A stretch of DNA of 64,000 bases, taken from positions 338,811 to 402,810 of the forward strand of contig CAVVAV010000003.1 in assembly GCA_963746405.1 (NCBI GenBank). Direction: 5' to 3'. Positions 52,585-61,997 of this stretch are shown in pieces (within the stretch, counting starts at the first letter, position 1; each line of letters starts with the position of its first letter). A program made the position numbers and the translations under genes. A model generated the notes under the pieces. The model made no database searches. It was given only the letters and a program-made list of their open reading frames with translations, and was not told where the DNA came from. Origin of the DNA: an uncultured Chloroflexia bacterium (GTDB lineage Bacteria > Chloroflexota > Limnocylindria > Limnocylindrales > CSP1-4).

Positions 52585-53853
52585 TCAGACCGTCGCGAAA
52601 CGCACGAGGTGTTCGCGGTCACCCTCGAGGATCGCCTCGAGCAAGGGACGGGCGATCTCGGCGCCGACCAGCGGGTTCGCGCTGAGGGCCCGCTCGGCCA
52701 GCACACGATCACCCGTGCGTGCCGCGGCGACGGTCAGCTCCTCGTACGCCTTCACGACCTGGACCAGACCGCGCTGCTCGGGCGCCAGCGGCGTCAGGGG
52801 CACGGGATGCGCGCCGTCGCGATCGATCCGGGCGGGGATCTCGACCACGGCCGAGTCGGCAAGGTCCGGGATCGCACCATCGTTGCGGACGTCGACGACC
52901 TGGATGTCCCCGGCGCCGTCGTGCAACGACGCGATGAGCTGGGCGGCGGCCTCGCTGTAGAAGGCGCCCCCGCGGTCGTCGAGGAGCGCCGGCTTTTCGG
53001 CCAGGGATTGGTCGCGATACAGCTCGAGCAGGCGGGCCTCGATGTCCATGACGTCCCGGGCCCGGGTATGTCCCGCTTGCTGCTCCTGGAGCACCGTCTT
53101 CGTGAGGTAGTAGTAGCGCAGGTAGTAGGACGGGATGGCCCCGATCATCCGGATCATGTCCGCCGGCAGGCGGAGCTCGGCGGCGAGGAGCTCGGCGTGC
53201 GCGGAGAGCAGTTCGGGCAGCCGGTCGACGCCGTCCACCCGGACCGCGCGCTCCCAGGTCAGGTGATTGAGCCCGACGTGTTCCAGTTCGACCCGTTCGG
53301 GCGCGACCCCGAAGTGGGCCGCCATCCGGCGCTGCAGGGTGATGCCGACGTTGCACAGCCCGATGGCCCGATGACCCTCGTCGAGCAGGGCCTGGGTGAC
53401 GATGCCGACAGGATTGGTGAAGTCGACGATCCAGGCATCGGGGGCGGAGCGCCGCCCGACGAGCTCGGCGAGCTCCAGCACGACCGGCACCGTCCGCATC
53501 GCCTTGGCGAAGCCGCCGGCACCCGTCGTCTCCTGCCCGATGACCCCGAACCGAAGCGGGAGCGTCTCGTCGACGAGCCGCGCCGCCTGACCGCCGACCC
53601 GTAACTGGAACAGGACGAAATCGGCGCCGTCGAGTGCGGCATCCCGATCGGCGGTCAGCAGCAGGCGACCCGTCCAGTCGAGCTTGTCCAGCATCCGCTG
53701 GGCGAGCCCGCCCACGACCTCCAGCCGGTCGGGGTCCGTGTCGAGCAGCACCAGCTCGTCGATCGGCAGGCGCGCCGCCCGGCGCGCGAAGCCCTCCACC
53801 AGCTCCGGGGTGTAGGTGCTGCCACCGCCGACGACCGTGATCCGTGTGCCCAT
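52585..53853 (-). CDS. GH4 6-phospho-beta-glucosidase
   Basis: GGGSTYTPE, RVGG, GQETTGAGG, FTNP, GLCN and GLNHL motifs. Confidence 0.93.
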   Translation of the reverse strand: MGTRITVVGGGSTYTPELVEGFARRAARLPIDELVLLDTDPDRLEVVGGLAQRMLDKLDWTGRLLLTADRDAALDGADFVLFQLRVGGQAARLVDETLPLRFGVIGQETTGAGGFAKAMRTVPVVLELAELVGRRSAPDAWIVDFTNPVGIVTQALLDEGHRAIGLCNVGITLQRRMAAHFGVAPERVELEHVGLNHLTWERAVRVDGVDRLPELLSAHAELLAAELRLPADMIRMIGAIPSYYLRYYYLTKTVLQEQQAGHTRARDVMDIEARLLELYRDQSLAEKPALLDDRGGAFYSEAAAQLIASLHDGAGDIQVVDVRNDGAIPDLADSAVVEIPARIDRDGAHPVPLTPLAPEQRGLVQVVKAYEELTVAAARTGDRVLAERALSANPLVGAEIARPLLEAILEGDREHLVRFATV

Positions 53854-53888
53854 CCGCCCTCCACGCCACCAGCCTGAGGGCCGGGGGC

Positions 53889-53920
53889 TTGACACCATTG
53901 CTTATAACGTTATCAGCAAT
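53889..53920. promoter_or_regulatory. 24-bp palindrome (probable GntR operator) next to TTGACA
   Basis: ATTGCTTATAACGTTATCAGCAAT at 53897-53920, with 11 of 12 pairs complementary, in the GH4/GntR divergent gap. Confidence 0.78.
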
Positions 53921-53979
53921 CGCGGTTCGCGCAAGCCCGGTCGTCCGTCCGTCCCAGACACCGAGGAGCCGCCAGCAGC

Positions 53980-54792
53980 ATGGCACGCTTCCGTCTCGAG
54001 CTCGGTCCCGTCCCGATGCACCACCAGGTCTATCTCGACCTGCGCGGCTCACTGGACGACGGGACCAGGCGACCGGGCGACCGCCTCCCGCCCGAGCGCG
54101 AGCTGGCCCGACACTACGGCGTCAGCCTGATCACCGTCCGCCGAGCGCTCGCGGAGCTGGCCCAGCAGGGACGGATCGAGCGCACGCGGGGACGCGGCAC
54201 GTACGTCCTCCATCCCCGCATCGAGCGCGACTTCAGCGAGGCGCTCTCGTTCACGGCGGAGATGCAGCGGCGCGGCCTGGATCCCGAGACGCGGCTCCTG
54301 GCCGCCCGATCCGAGGCAGCCAGCGAGTCGGTCGCCTCCGCCCTCGACCTCGAGCTGGGTTCCCCGACGCTCTACCTGGAACGACTGCGGGTCGCCGGTG
54401 GCGAGCCCCTGCTGCTGGAACAGGTCCATCTTCCCGGCGAACGGTTCCCGGGCCTCCTGGCGAGCGACCTGGAGCACGAGTCCCTGTACGACCTGCTGAC
54501 GCGCCGCTACGGCACCCCTATCGTCCGTGCCCGCGAAGCCCTCGAACCCGTCCTGCTCCGCGCCCGCGAGGCGCGCTTGCTCGACCAGCCGCGTCGAACG
54601 CCGGCACTCCGCATCGAAGGGATCGCGTACACGGCCGACGGCCGTCCGATCGAGTTCAGCCGCACCCTCGTTCGCGGGGACCGCAGCCGCTACTTCATCG
54701 AGCGGATCGTCGTGCGAGCCGACACCACCGTCGCCGGCGACATCGCACATGCCGAGGGCACGCGCGGTGGCGTGCTGGTCGATGCCCGCTAG
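53980..54792 (+). CDS. GntR (HutC/UTRA) family regulator
   Basis: LPPERELA..YGVSLITVRRAL, RGRGTYV, C-terminal UTRA. Confidence 0.93.
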   Translation: MARFRLELGPVPMHHQVYLDLRGSLDDGTRRPGDRLPPERELARHYGVSLITVRRALAELAQQGRIERTRGRGTYVLHPRIERDFSEALSFTAEMQRRGLDPETRLLAARSEAASESVASALDLELGSPTLYLERLRVAGGEPLLLEQVHLPGERFPGLLASDLEHESLYDLLTRRYGTPIVRAREALEPVLLRAREARLLDQPRRTPALRIEGIAYTADGRPIEFSRTLVRGDRSRYFIERIVVRADTTVAGDIAHAEGTRGGVLVDAR

Positions 54793-54864
54793 ACGGGCAG
54801 GAGAGGAGGAGGTCATCCGCGCGTCATCACGCACCGTGTCCGGCCACCCGAAGAGGAGGATCCC

Positions 54865-56298
54865 ATGAGGCAACCCAGGCGTCTGTTCGCCCTGCTCTCC
54901 ACCGCGACGTTGGTCGCCGCGGCGTGTGCCCAGGGCGGCACGGTCTCGAACCCACCCGCCAGCAACGCGACCGGTGCGCCGGCCACGGCCGGCGCCCCAT
55001 CAGCCGCTGCCGAGCCGGTCGAGCTGCGCTGGTACTGCTGCCTGGGTACCGGCGAAGACCCCGCCCAGGTCCCGACGGAGGAGGAGGTCGCGGCCGCCGT
55101 CACCGAGGCGTTCCCGCACATCACGCTCAAGTTCGAGGTCGTCACCTACGACGCGGCCCGCGACACACTGGCGACCCAGATCGCGTCCGGCAACGGGCCG
55201 GACATCGTCGGGCCGGTCGGCGTCGGCGGCGCCGAAGCCTTCCACGGGCAGTGGCTCGACCTTGGTCCGCAGATCGCGGCCAGCGGCTACGACCTGTCGC
55301 AGTTCGACCAGGGCGCGGTCGACTTCTACAAGATCGGCGAGGTCCAGGAAGGCATCCCGTTCGCCATCTACCCATCGATGCTCTGGTACAAGGCCAGCCT
55401 CTTCGAGGAGGCGGGGCTCGCGCTGCCCCCGCACAAGTACGGCGACAAGTACACGATGCCCGACGGGACCCAGGTCGACTGGAACTACGACACCGTCAAG
55501 CAGCTCGCCCAGATCCTGACCGTCGATTCGGCGGGCAAGGACGCCACCCAGGCCGGGTTCGACCCCAAGAAGATCGTCCAGTACGGGTTCGACCCGCAGC
55601 GCGACGACCTGCGCGGCATGGGTGCCTACTTCGGTGCCGGCGCACTGTCGCCCGACGGCAGCACCACGGTGACCATCCCGGACGCCTGGAAGGACGCCTG
55701 GAAGTACTGGTATGACGGCATGTGGAAGGACAATTTCACGCTGACCCAGCCGGTCGCCGAGAGCGAGGACTTCAGTGGCGGCGGCTACACCTTCTTCTCG
55801 GGCCGCGTCGCCATGAGCAACAACTTCCTGTGGACCACGTACGGCGTCGCCGACGCCGGCGACGACTGGGACCTCGCGGCGATCCCTGCGCACAACGGCA
55901 CGACGACCTCGCCGCTCAACGCTGACACGTTCCGCATCCTCAAGGGGACCAAGCACCCCGAGGCAGCGTTCCAGGCGCTGACCTATCTGCTGGGCGAGGG
56001 CTCCCAGAAGCTCCTGCAGCTGTACGGCGGCATGCCCGCGCGAACGGCCGATCAGGACGCCTTCTTCGAGGCGCTCGGTAAGAGCGAAGGATTCCCGGCC
56101 GAGGTCGACTGGCAGGTCGCCAAGGACAGCGTCCAGTTCGCCGACAACCCCAATTTCGAGGCGTTCATGCCGAAGTACAACGAGTCCCTCGAAGTCCTCG
56201 GCCAGTTCCGCACGAAGTGGGGCTCCACACCCGGACTCGACCTGGATGCGGAGATCGAAGCGCTCCGGGCCCAGTTGCAGGCGACCTGGGACCAGTAG
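54865..56298 (+). CDS. sugar ABC transporter substrate-binding lipoprotein
   Basis: GAGGAGG SD, lipobox VAAAC, PDIV, and the SBP_bac_1-like pattern MLWYKASLFEEAGL. Confidence 0.9.
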   Translation: MRQPRRLFALLSTATLVAAACAQGGTVSNPPASNATGAPATAGAPSAAAEPVELRWYCCLGTGEDPAQVPTEEEVAAAVTEAFPHITLKFEVVTYDAARDTLATQIASGNGPDIVGPVGVGGAEAFHGQWLDLGPQIAASGYDLSQFDQGAVDFYKIGEVQEGIPFAIYPSMLWYKASLFEEAGLALPPHKYGDKYTMPDGTQVDWNYDTVKQLAQILTVDSAGKDATQAGFDPKKIVQYGFDPQRDDLRGMGAYFGAGALSPDGSTTVTIPDAWKDAWKYWYDGMWKDNFTLTQPVAESEDFSGGGYTFFSGRVAMSNNFLWTTYGVADAGDDWDLAAIPAHNGTTTSPLNADTFRILKGTKHPEAAFQALTYLLGEGSQKLLQLYGGMPARTADQDAFFEALGKSEGFPAEVDWQVAKDSVQFADNPNFEAFMPKYNESLEVLGQFRTKWGSTPGLDLDAEIEALRAQLQATWDQ

Positions 56299-56307
56299 GC
56301 TCTCGTC

Positions 56308-57279
56308 GTGACCGTCGATCCGGTGGGTCTCGTCGCCACCGCCACGCGCGGCCGGTCCGGCCTCCTCCGCCGGCCGCGTCTGTCGCCCCTGGCGCGCCGT
56401 GAGGCGCGCTGGGGGCTCATCTTCGTGTCGCCCTGGATCGTGGGCTTCCTGGCCTTTACGTTCCTGCCGATGGTGGCGACACTCGGGCTCACGTTCGTCA
56501 ACTTCACCCTTGCCCAGGAGGAACCCCTCGCCTTCGTGGGGCTCGACAACTACGCGCGCCTACTCGAGGACCGCCAGGTCTGGTCGTCCCTGATCGTGAC
56601 CTTCCGGTTCGCGCTGGTCTGGTTGCCGATCTCCATCATCGTCCCGTTCGGGATCGCGCTGCTCCTCAACAGCCGGTTCCTCATCGCCCCGGGGCTGTTC
56701 CGCGTCCTCTTCTTCATGCCATACGTCGTCCCGTTCGTGGCCGGTGTCCTGATCTGGCAGCTGATGCTGGGCGACCAGGGCTGGATCAACCAGCTCCTCA
56801 TGCTCGTGGGGGTCGCGGATCCGCCGTCGTGGCTGTTCGACGCGAACTGGGTCTACCCGGCGCTGACCTTCGCCGGGATCTGGGGCATCGGTGCCGGCGT
56901 GATCATCAACCTTGCGGGGCTGCGCGGCATCCCGACCGAGTACTACGACGCGGCCAAGATCGACGGCGCCGGGGCTCTGGCCCAGCTTCGCCACGTGACC
57001 ATCCCGATGATGTCGCCGGTCATCTTCTACTCGCTGATCCTCGGCGTCGTCGGGGTGATGCAGTACTTCCTCGTGCCGCTCGTCCTCTACAACGGCACCG
57101 GCGAACCGGGCGGATCGACCCTCTTCTACAACCTCTACATCTACAAGAACTTCTTCACGTTCCAGCAGATGTCGTACGGGGCGACGCTCGCCTGGCTGCT
57201 GTTCGGGGTCACCCTCGTCATCACGCTCGCGCTGTTCTGGAGCTCCCGCCGGTGGGTCTACTACGCGGGCGCGAGGTGA
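56308..57279 (+). CDS. sugar ABC permease
   Basis: FVGLDNY and EAA loop EYYDAAKIDGAG. Confidence 0.92.
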   Translation: MTVDPVGLVATATRGRSGLLRRPRLSPLARREARWGLIFVSPWIVGFLAFTFLPMVATLGLTFVNFTLAQEEPLAFVGLDNYARLLEDRQVWSSLIVTFRFALVWLPISIIVPFGIALLLNSRFLIAPGLFRVLFFMPYVVPFVAGVLIWQLMLGDQGWINQLLMLVGVADPPSWLFDANWVYPALTFAGIWGIGAGVIINLAGLRGIPTEYYDAAKIDGAGALAQLRHVTIPMMSPVIFYSLILGVVGVMQYFLVPLVLYNGTGEPGGSTLFYNLYIYKNFFTFQQMSYGATLAWLLFGVTLVITLALFWSSRRWVYYAGAR

Positions 57280-57283
57280 TGCG

Positions 57284-58408
57284 GTGACCGCGGCCGGTCG
57301 CCTCGAGAACGCCGAGGACCCCGTCCTCGGACCGCTCATCGAGCGCCCCGGCCTGGATCGCCCGGAGGTGGCCCGGCGCGGCGCCCCATCGAAGCGGCGG
57401 CCGCGGTCCTTCGCGATCACGTTCCTCGCGACGGTGCTGGTGGCCGCGTTCCTGGCGCCGCTGCTGTCGTCGCTCCTGACGTCCCTGAAGTCCCCGGAGC
57501 AGACGAGCGCCCTGAACTCGCCGGTCTACCCGGCCGATCCCGCGACATACGACTACGAAGGCAAGACCTACGACGTCTACCTCGTGCCGATCGACGGGCA
57601 GGTCCGCGAGCTCGCCCTGATCCGCAAGGGCCGCCAGGACAGCGACTTCATCGATCCCGCCGATCCCGGCGCCGGACCGATCAACTGGGTCGGGGCGTGG
57701 CGGACGCTCGAGCAACCCTGGCAACTCGCCCCGCAGTGGAGCAACTACGGCGACGTCTGGAACCTGATCGACTTCCCGCTGCTGCTCCGCAACACCGTGC
57801 TGATCGCGGTCATCGGCATGACCGGGACCGTGGTCTCGTGCACGCTTGTCGCGTACGGGCTCGCTCGGTTCCGCTTCCCCGGCCGCAACCTGATGCTGCT
57901 GGTCCTGATCGCGACCATCTTCCTGCCCTCCGCCGTCACGCTCATCCCGACCTACACGCTCTTCGTGAAGCTCGGCTGGGTCGGCACGTGGCTGCCGCTG
58001 CTCGTCCCCACGTTCTTTGCCAACGCGTACGACGTGTTCCTGCTGCGCCAGTACCTGCTGACGATCCCGCCGGAGCTCGACGAGGCCGCCGCGATCGACG
58101 GCGCGGGTCCGTTCAAGACCCTGACGTCGGTGATCCTGCCGCAGGCCTGGCCGGCCGTGGTCGCGGTCGCGATCTTCCACTTCGTGTATTCGTGGAACGA
58201 CTTCTTCGGGCCACTGATCTACCTCTCCGGGGAGCAGGACCTCCAGCCGTTGCAGGTCGCGCTGGCCCGGTTCGAGGGCATCCACTATCAGAACCCGGGC
58301 TTCATCCAGGCCGGCAACATCATGACGATGGTGGTCCCGATCGTGCTGTTCATCGTGTTCCAGCGGACCTTCACGCGCGGGATCGTCATCACCGGGGTCG
58401 AGAAGTGA
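57284..58408 (+). CDS. sugar ABC permease (MalG-like)
   Basis: AYGLARFRFPGR and IPPELDEAAAIDGAG motifs. Confidence 0.92.
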   Translation: MTAAGRLENAEDPVLGPLIERPGLDRPEVARRGAPSKRRPRSFAITFLATVLVAAFLAPLLSSLLTSLKSPEQTSALNSPVYPADPATYDYEGKTYDVYLVPIDGQVRELALIRKGRQDSDFIDPADPGAGPINWVGAWRTLEQPWQLAPQWSNYGDVWNLIDFPLLLRNTVLIAVIGMTGTVVSCTLVAYGLARFRFPGRNLMLLVLIATIFLPSAVTLIPTYTLFVKLGWVGTWLPLLVPTFFANAYDVFLLRQYLLTIPPELDEAAAIDGAGPFKTLTSVILPQAWPAVVAVAIFHFVYSWNDFFGPLIYLSGEQDLQPLQVALARFEGIHYQNPGFIQAGNIMTMVVPIVLFIVFQRTFTRGIVITGVEK

Positions 58409-59001
58409 CGCTCCGCGTCGCGCTGACGTTCGACGCGGAACATCCGGATCGACGACACGAGCCTGGCGGCACGGAACGCGTGCTCGCCACGTTGGCCGCG
58501 ACCGACACGACGGCCTCCTTCTTCGTGCAGGGACGCTGGGCGCAGGCCTTTCCGGCGATCGCCCGATCGATCGCGGATGGTGGCCATCTCGTCGGGAACC
58601 ACTCGCACTACCATGCCCGGATGCCGTTGCTGAGCCCGAAGGGGATGGCGGACGACGTCCAGGCCGCGGAACGCGCGATCCGCCGGACGACGGGCCAGGA
58701 TCCGCGGCCTTGGTTCCGCTGTCCGTTCGGGGCGGGCACGAACGATCCCGGCGTGCTGGGGAGGCTTCGGGGGTTGGGGTATCGCGAGACGCGGTGGGAC
58801 GTGGACGCGGTCGACTGGCGGTCGGCGGCGACCGGCCGTGGCGTCGCGCGCGAGGCCGTCGATGCCGCATACGCGCACGGCGACGGCGCGGTGATCCTCC
58901 TCCATCCGTGGGCGAGGGCCACGGGCCTGGCGCTGCCCGCGCTCATCGACGGACTGCGTGCGAAGGGCGTGTCATTCGTGCGGCTGGACGCCTTGTCGTG
59001 A
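58405..59001 (+). CDS. NodB-like polysaccharide deacetylase
   Basis: ALTFDA, GNHSHYH, FRCPFG, WDVDAVDW and VILLH motifs. GTGA coupling. Confidence 0.85.
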   Translation: MTLRVALTFDAEHPDRRHEPGGTERVLATLAATDTTASFFVQGRWAQAFPAIARSIADGGHLVGNHSHYHARMPLLSPKGMADDVQAAERAIRRTTGQDPRPWFRCPFGAGTNDPGVLGRLRGLGYRETRWDVDAVDWRSAATGRGVAREAVDAAYAHGDGAVILLHPWARATGLALPALIDGLRAKGVSFVRLDALS

Positions 59002-60017
59002 CGACGGTCCTCGCCGTCGACGGCGGGAACTCGAAGACGGACGTGGCGTTGGTGACCGACGACGGCCGCCTGCTCGCCGCCGTTCGTGGTCTCACGAGCT
59101 CGCACCAGCAGGTCGGCCTCGACCGGGGGATGGAGCGGCTGGCGGCGTTGGTCGCGGACGCGCATGCCCGAGCCGGTCCCGCGACCGGTGAGCGAGCGGA
59201 TGTCGGGGTGTACTGCCTCGCCGGCGCCGATACGCCCACCGACGTCCGTCTGCTGCGCGCGCAGCTCGAGGCACGCGGGTTCGCGCGCGAGGACCTCCTC
59301 CGCAACGACACGTTCGCCGCGCTGCGGGCGGGTTCGGACCGGGGTTGGGGCGTCGTCGTCATCTGCGGCCAGGGCGTGAACGCGGCCGGCGTCGCGCCCG
59401 ATGGCCGGACCGCGCGACTCGACGCCCTGGGCGACATCTCCGGCGACTGGGGCGGCGCGACCGACGTCGGCTGGGACGGACTGGCAGCCGCCGTTCGGGG
59501 GCGGGATGGCCGGGGCCGACGAACGGCGCTCGAGCGGTCGGTGCCGGCACACTTCGGATGCAGGTCGCCCCACGCTCTCACGATGGCGATGTATGACGGC
59601 CGGGTCTCGCAGGGACGGATCGGGGAACTATCACCGGTGGTCTTCGCAGCGGCGATGGACGGGGATGCCGCCGCGCGGGCGATCGTCGACCGTCTGGCGG
59701 ACGAGGTCGTGACGATGGCCGGGGCTATGCTTCGACGGCTGCGCTTGACACGGCTGGACCCCGAGGTGGTCCTGGGTGGCGGGGTCTTTCGAACACCGGA
59801 TACGGCGTTTCGGGCACGGATCGAGGCTGGCGTGCAGGCGATCGCGCCGCGGGCCAGGCTCGTGCGCTCGGACGCGCCGCCCGTGGCCGGTGCGGCGCTC
59901 CTCGCCCTCGATGCTTCGGGCGGCCGGCCGGTCCGCGCGGCCGTCGGGGAGCACGTCCGGGCAAGCCTGACGGCGTGGGACGAACGGGCCGTGGCGTCGG
60001 GGAGTCCGCGCGCCTGA
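58998..60017 (+). CDS. BadF/BadG/BcrA/BcrD-type sugar kinase (GlcNAc-kinase-like)
   Basis: LAVDGGNSKT, LRNDTFAAL, CGQGVN, GDWGG and LGGGV motifs. Confidence 0.88.
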   Translation: MTTVLAVDGGNSKTDVALVTDDGRLLAAVRGLTSSHQQVGLDRGMERLAALVADAHARAGPATGERADVGVYCLAGADTPTDVRLLRAQLEARGFAREDLLRNDTFAALRAGSDRGWGVVVICGQGVNAAGVAPDGRTARLDALGDISGDWGGATDVGWDGLAAAVRGRDGRGRRTALERSVPAHFGCRSPHALTMAMYDGRVSQGRIGELSPVVFAAAMDGDAAARAIVDRLADEVVTMAGAMLRRLRLTRLDPEVVLGGGVFRTPDTAFRARIEAGVQAIAPRARLVRSDAPPVAGAALLALDASGGRPVRAAVGEHVRASLTAWDERAVASGSPRA

Positions 60018-60023
60018 GGCCGA

Positions 60024-60680
60024 TCAGCGGGAGCGTTCCGCTCGTGCCGTGGTCACGATTTCGACCAGCTGTCGCGCGCGGGAGGTGACACCCGCCGGCG
60101 GTGCATCCCCGATCAGCCAGCCGCCGACCCCGACGGCGACTGCGCCAGCACGCACGAGGTCGCCGGCGTTCTCGTCACTGACGCCGCCGCTCGGCACGAG
60201 CGGGATGTCCGGGAACGGGCCGCGGAGCTCCCGGATGAACGACGGTCCGAGGACGGATGCGGGGAAGACCTTCACCGCAGCCGCACCGGCTCGCCAGCCG
60301 GCGAGGACCTCGGTCGGCGTGGCCGCCCCGGAGAGCGCCGGGACGCCCGTTGCCGCCGCCCAGGCCACGAGGTCTGGGTCGGTATGGGGCATGACAAGGA
60401 ACGTCGCGCCCGCATCGACGGCCCGCGTGGCTGCCTCGATCGAGAGGACCGTGCCGGCGCCGACGGCGAGCCCGGGCGATCGGCGGGCGACCGACTCGAT
60501 GGCACGCAGGGCGACGCCGACCGGCTCGTTGAGGGTGATCTCGAACGCCGATACTCCGCCGGCGACCAGCGCATCGGCCACCCGCGGTGCGTCGTCGGCC
60601 GTGAGCCGCCGCGCGATGGCGACGATGCCGCTCGACACGAGGCCGGCGGGAAGTTGCGGCCGGGACGATGGGAGAGTCAT
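60024..60680 (-). CDS. eda: KDPG/KHG aldolase
   Basis: AIAR, FEITL, GAGTVL, TPTE, VKVFPA and PSGGV motifs. Confidence 0.9.
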   Translation of the reverse strand: MTLPSSRPQLPAGLVSSGIVAIARRLTADDAPRVADALVAGGVSAFEITLNEPVGVALRAIESVARRSPGLAVGAGTVLSIEAATRAVDAGATFLVMPHTDPDLVAWAAATGVPALSGAATPTEVLAGWRAGAAAVKVFPASVLGPSFIRELRGPFPDIPLVPSGGVSDENAGDLVRAGAVAVGVGGWLIGDAPPAGVTSRARQLVEIVTTARAERSR

Positions 60681-60789
60681 GCGCCTCCCATCCCGGCGAC
60701 GGTATCCATGGACTGCAGCGTAGCGTCGGGCCGACCGTTCACGCGACGCATCGGCGCGCGAGGAAGTCGGCGGCGTACCATCGAAATCG

Positions 60790-61212
60790 ATGCCAGCATC
60801 GTTGCAACTGGAGGCCGTCGGGGTACGCCTGGCCGTGTGTCGACTCGACGCCGACACCGAGGTTCCGCTGTGGGTCGACCGATCCAGGGAGTTCACATCG
60901 GTCACGCGGACGAGCGACGAATTGTCGATTGTCTGTGCGCAGGACGATGTGCCCCCGGGCGTTCCGATGGAGGGTCCGTGGCGCACATTCCGCGTGCAGG
61001 GTCCGCTCGTCATGACCCTGATCGGGGTCGTGGCCGCCCTTGCGAACCCGCTCGCGGCCGCCGGCATCTCGATCTTCGCGATCTCCACGTTCGACACGGA
61101 CTACGTTCTGGTCCACGAGCCCGACTTCGACGCCGCAGTCGACGCGTTGACACAAGCGGGCCATGTCGTCGTGTCGAGCCAGGAGCGGCAGCAACGCCGA
61201 CCCACGCTCTAG
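60790..61212 (+). CDS. tandem ACT domain protein
   Basis: SVTRTSDELSIVC, W..FRVQGPL..TLIGVVA and GISIFAISTFDTDY motifs. Confidence 0.88.
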   Translation: MPASLQLEAVGVRLAVCRLDADTEVPLWVDRSREFTSVTRTSDELSIVCAQDDVPPGVPMEGPWRTFRVQGPLVMTLIGVVAALANPLAAAGISIFAISTFDTDYVLVHEPDFDAAVDALTQAGHVVVSSQERQQRRPTL

Positions 61213-61376
61213 GCGGGACGTGACCGCGGGGAGAAGCGCGAGATGGCGTCGCTGTCCCCGTTCCAGAAAACGGAACGGAGCCGAGACTGGGATCGCACGC
61301 CAGCCAGTGGGGCGGCCGCGCAACGCCGAACCACCGCCACAGCTCCTTAACCGCGGGTGGCTGACCACCGGTGCCG

Positions 61377-61463
61377 TCAGTCCACGTACTGCAGTGGCGT
61401 CACCACGAAGTCGTCCGGCAGCTTCGCGCCGGGTCGAATGGTTTGGCAGTAGCTGCGCGGGTT
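61377..61463 (-). pseudogene. decayed duplicate of the msrA 3' end (att-like remnant)
   Basis: 69/87 nt identical (hand count, no indels) to 61998-62084. Translates [28 protein letters not shown]. Confidence 0.85.
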
Positions 61464-61517
61464 TCCTGCGGGACTGTTGCCGACGCGACGTGAGAGCGCC
61501 CCATCTAACATCCAGCC

Positions 61518-61997
61518 ATGCCACTGTCGTTCGAAGACCGGACCGTTCGAAGCAAGTCGTGTCCCTCATGTTCTGAAGAGTTCCAACACGTGACCGGGTT
61601 CATCAACGACGAGGGTGGGGCCTACGCTGTGTACTTCGCCGCGTGTCACGGCCATCCAGAGCACGAAGCACAGATTGACGTGGTGCTTGGCAGTTGGGGC
61701 GTGGAGCCGCCTGTGGACGACCACCTCACCTTTTCATGCCACCTGCGTTCCGACAGCGCGATGGCCGCAGATGCGGCGCTGGCTACGACGAGCGATGACC
61801 CAATGCTTGGCGAGCGCCTGTCACGAGCCGAGGCACTGGCGCATCCAAGACTCCCAGAGTTCTGGGCGGTCGTTGATTTTCTTGCGGAGTCCGACCCGAC
61901 TATCCACAGCACCGTGTACAGCTCGACCCCGACGAAGCCGGGCGGAGAGCACCTACGTCAGGTCTTACGCCTCTTCCGAAGTGCCGGGCAGAAGTAG
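61518..61997 (+). CDS. hypothetical protein with CxxC and CHxH motifs (inserted gene)
   Basis: CPSC and ACHGHPEH motifs, many A/T-ending codons, TAACAT 6 nt before the ATG. Confidence 0.75.
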   Translation: MPLSFEDRTVRSKSCPSCSEEFQHVTGFINDEGGAYAVYFAACHGHPEHEAQIDVVLGSWGVEPPVDDHLTFSCHLRSDSAMAADAALATTSDDPMLGERLSRAEALAHPRLPEFWAVVDFLAESDPTIHSTVYSSTPTKPGGEHLRQVLRLFRSAGQK

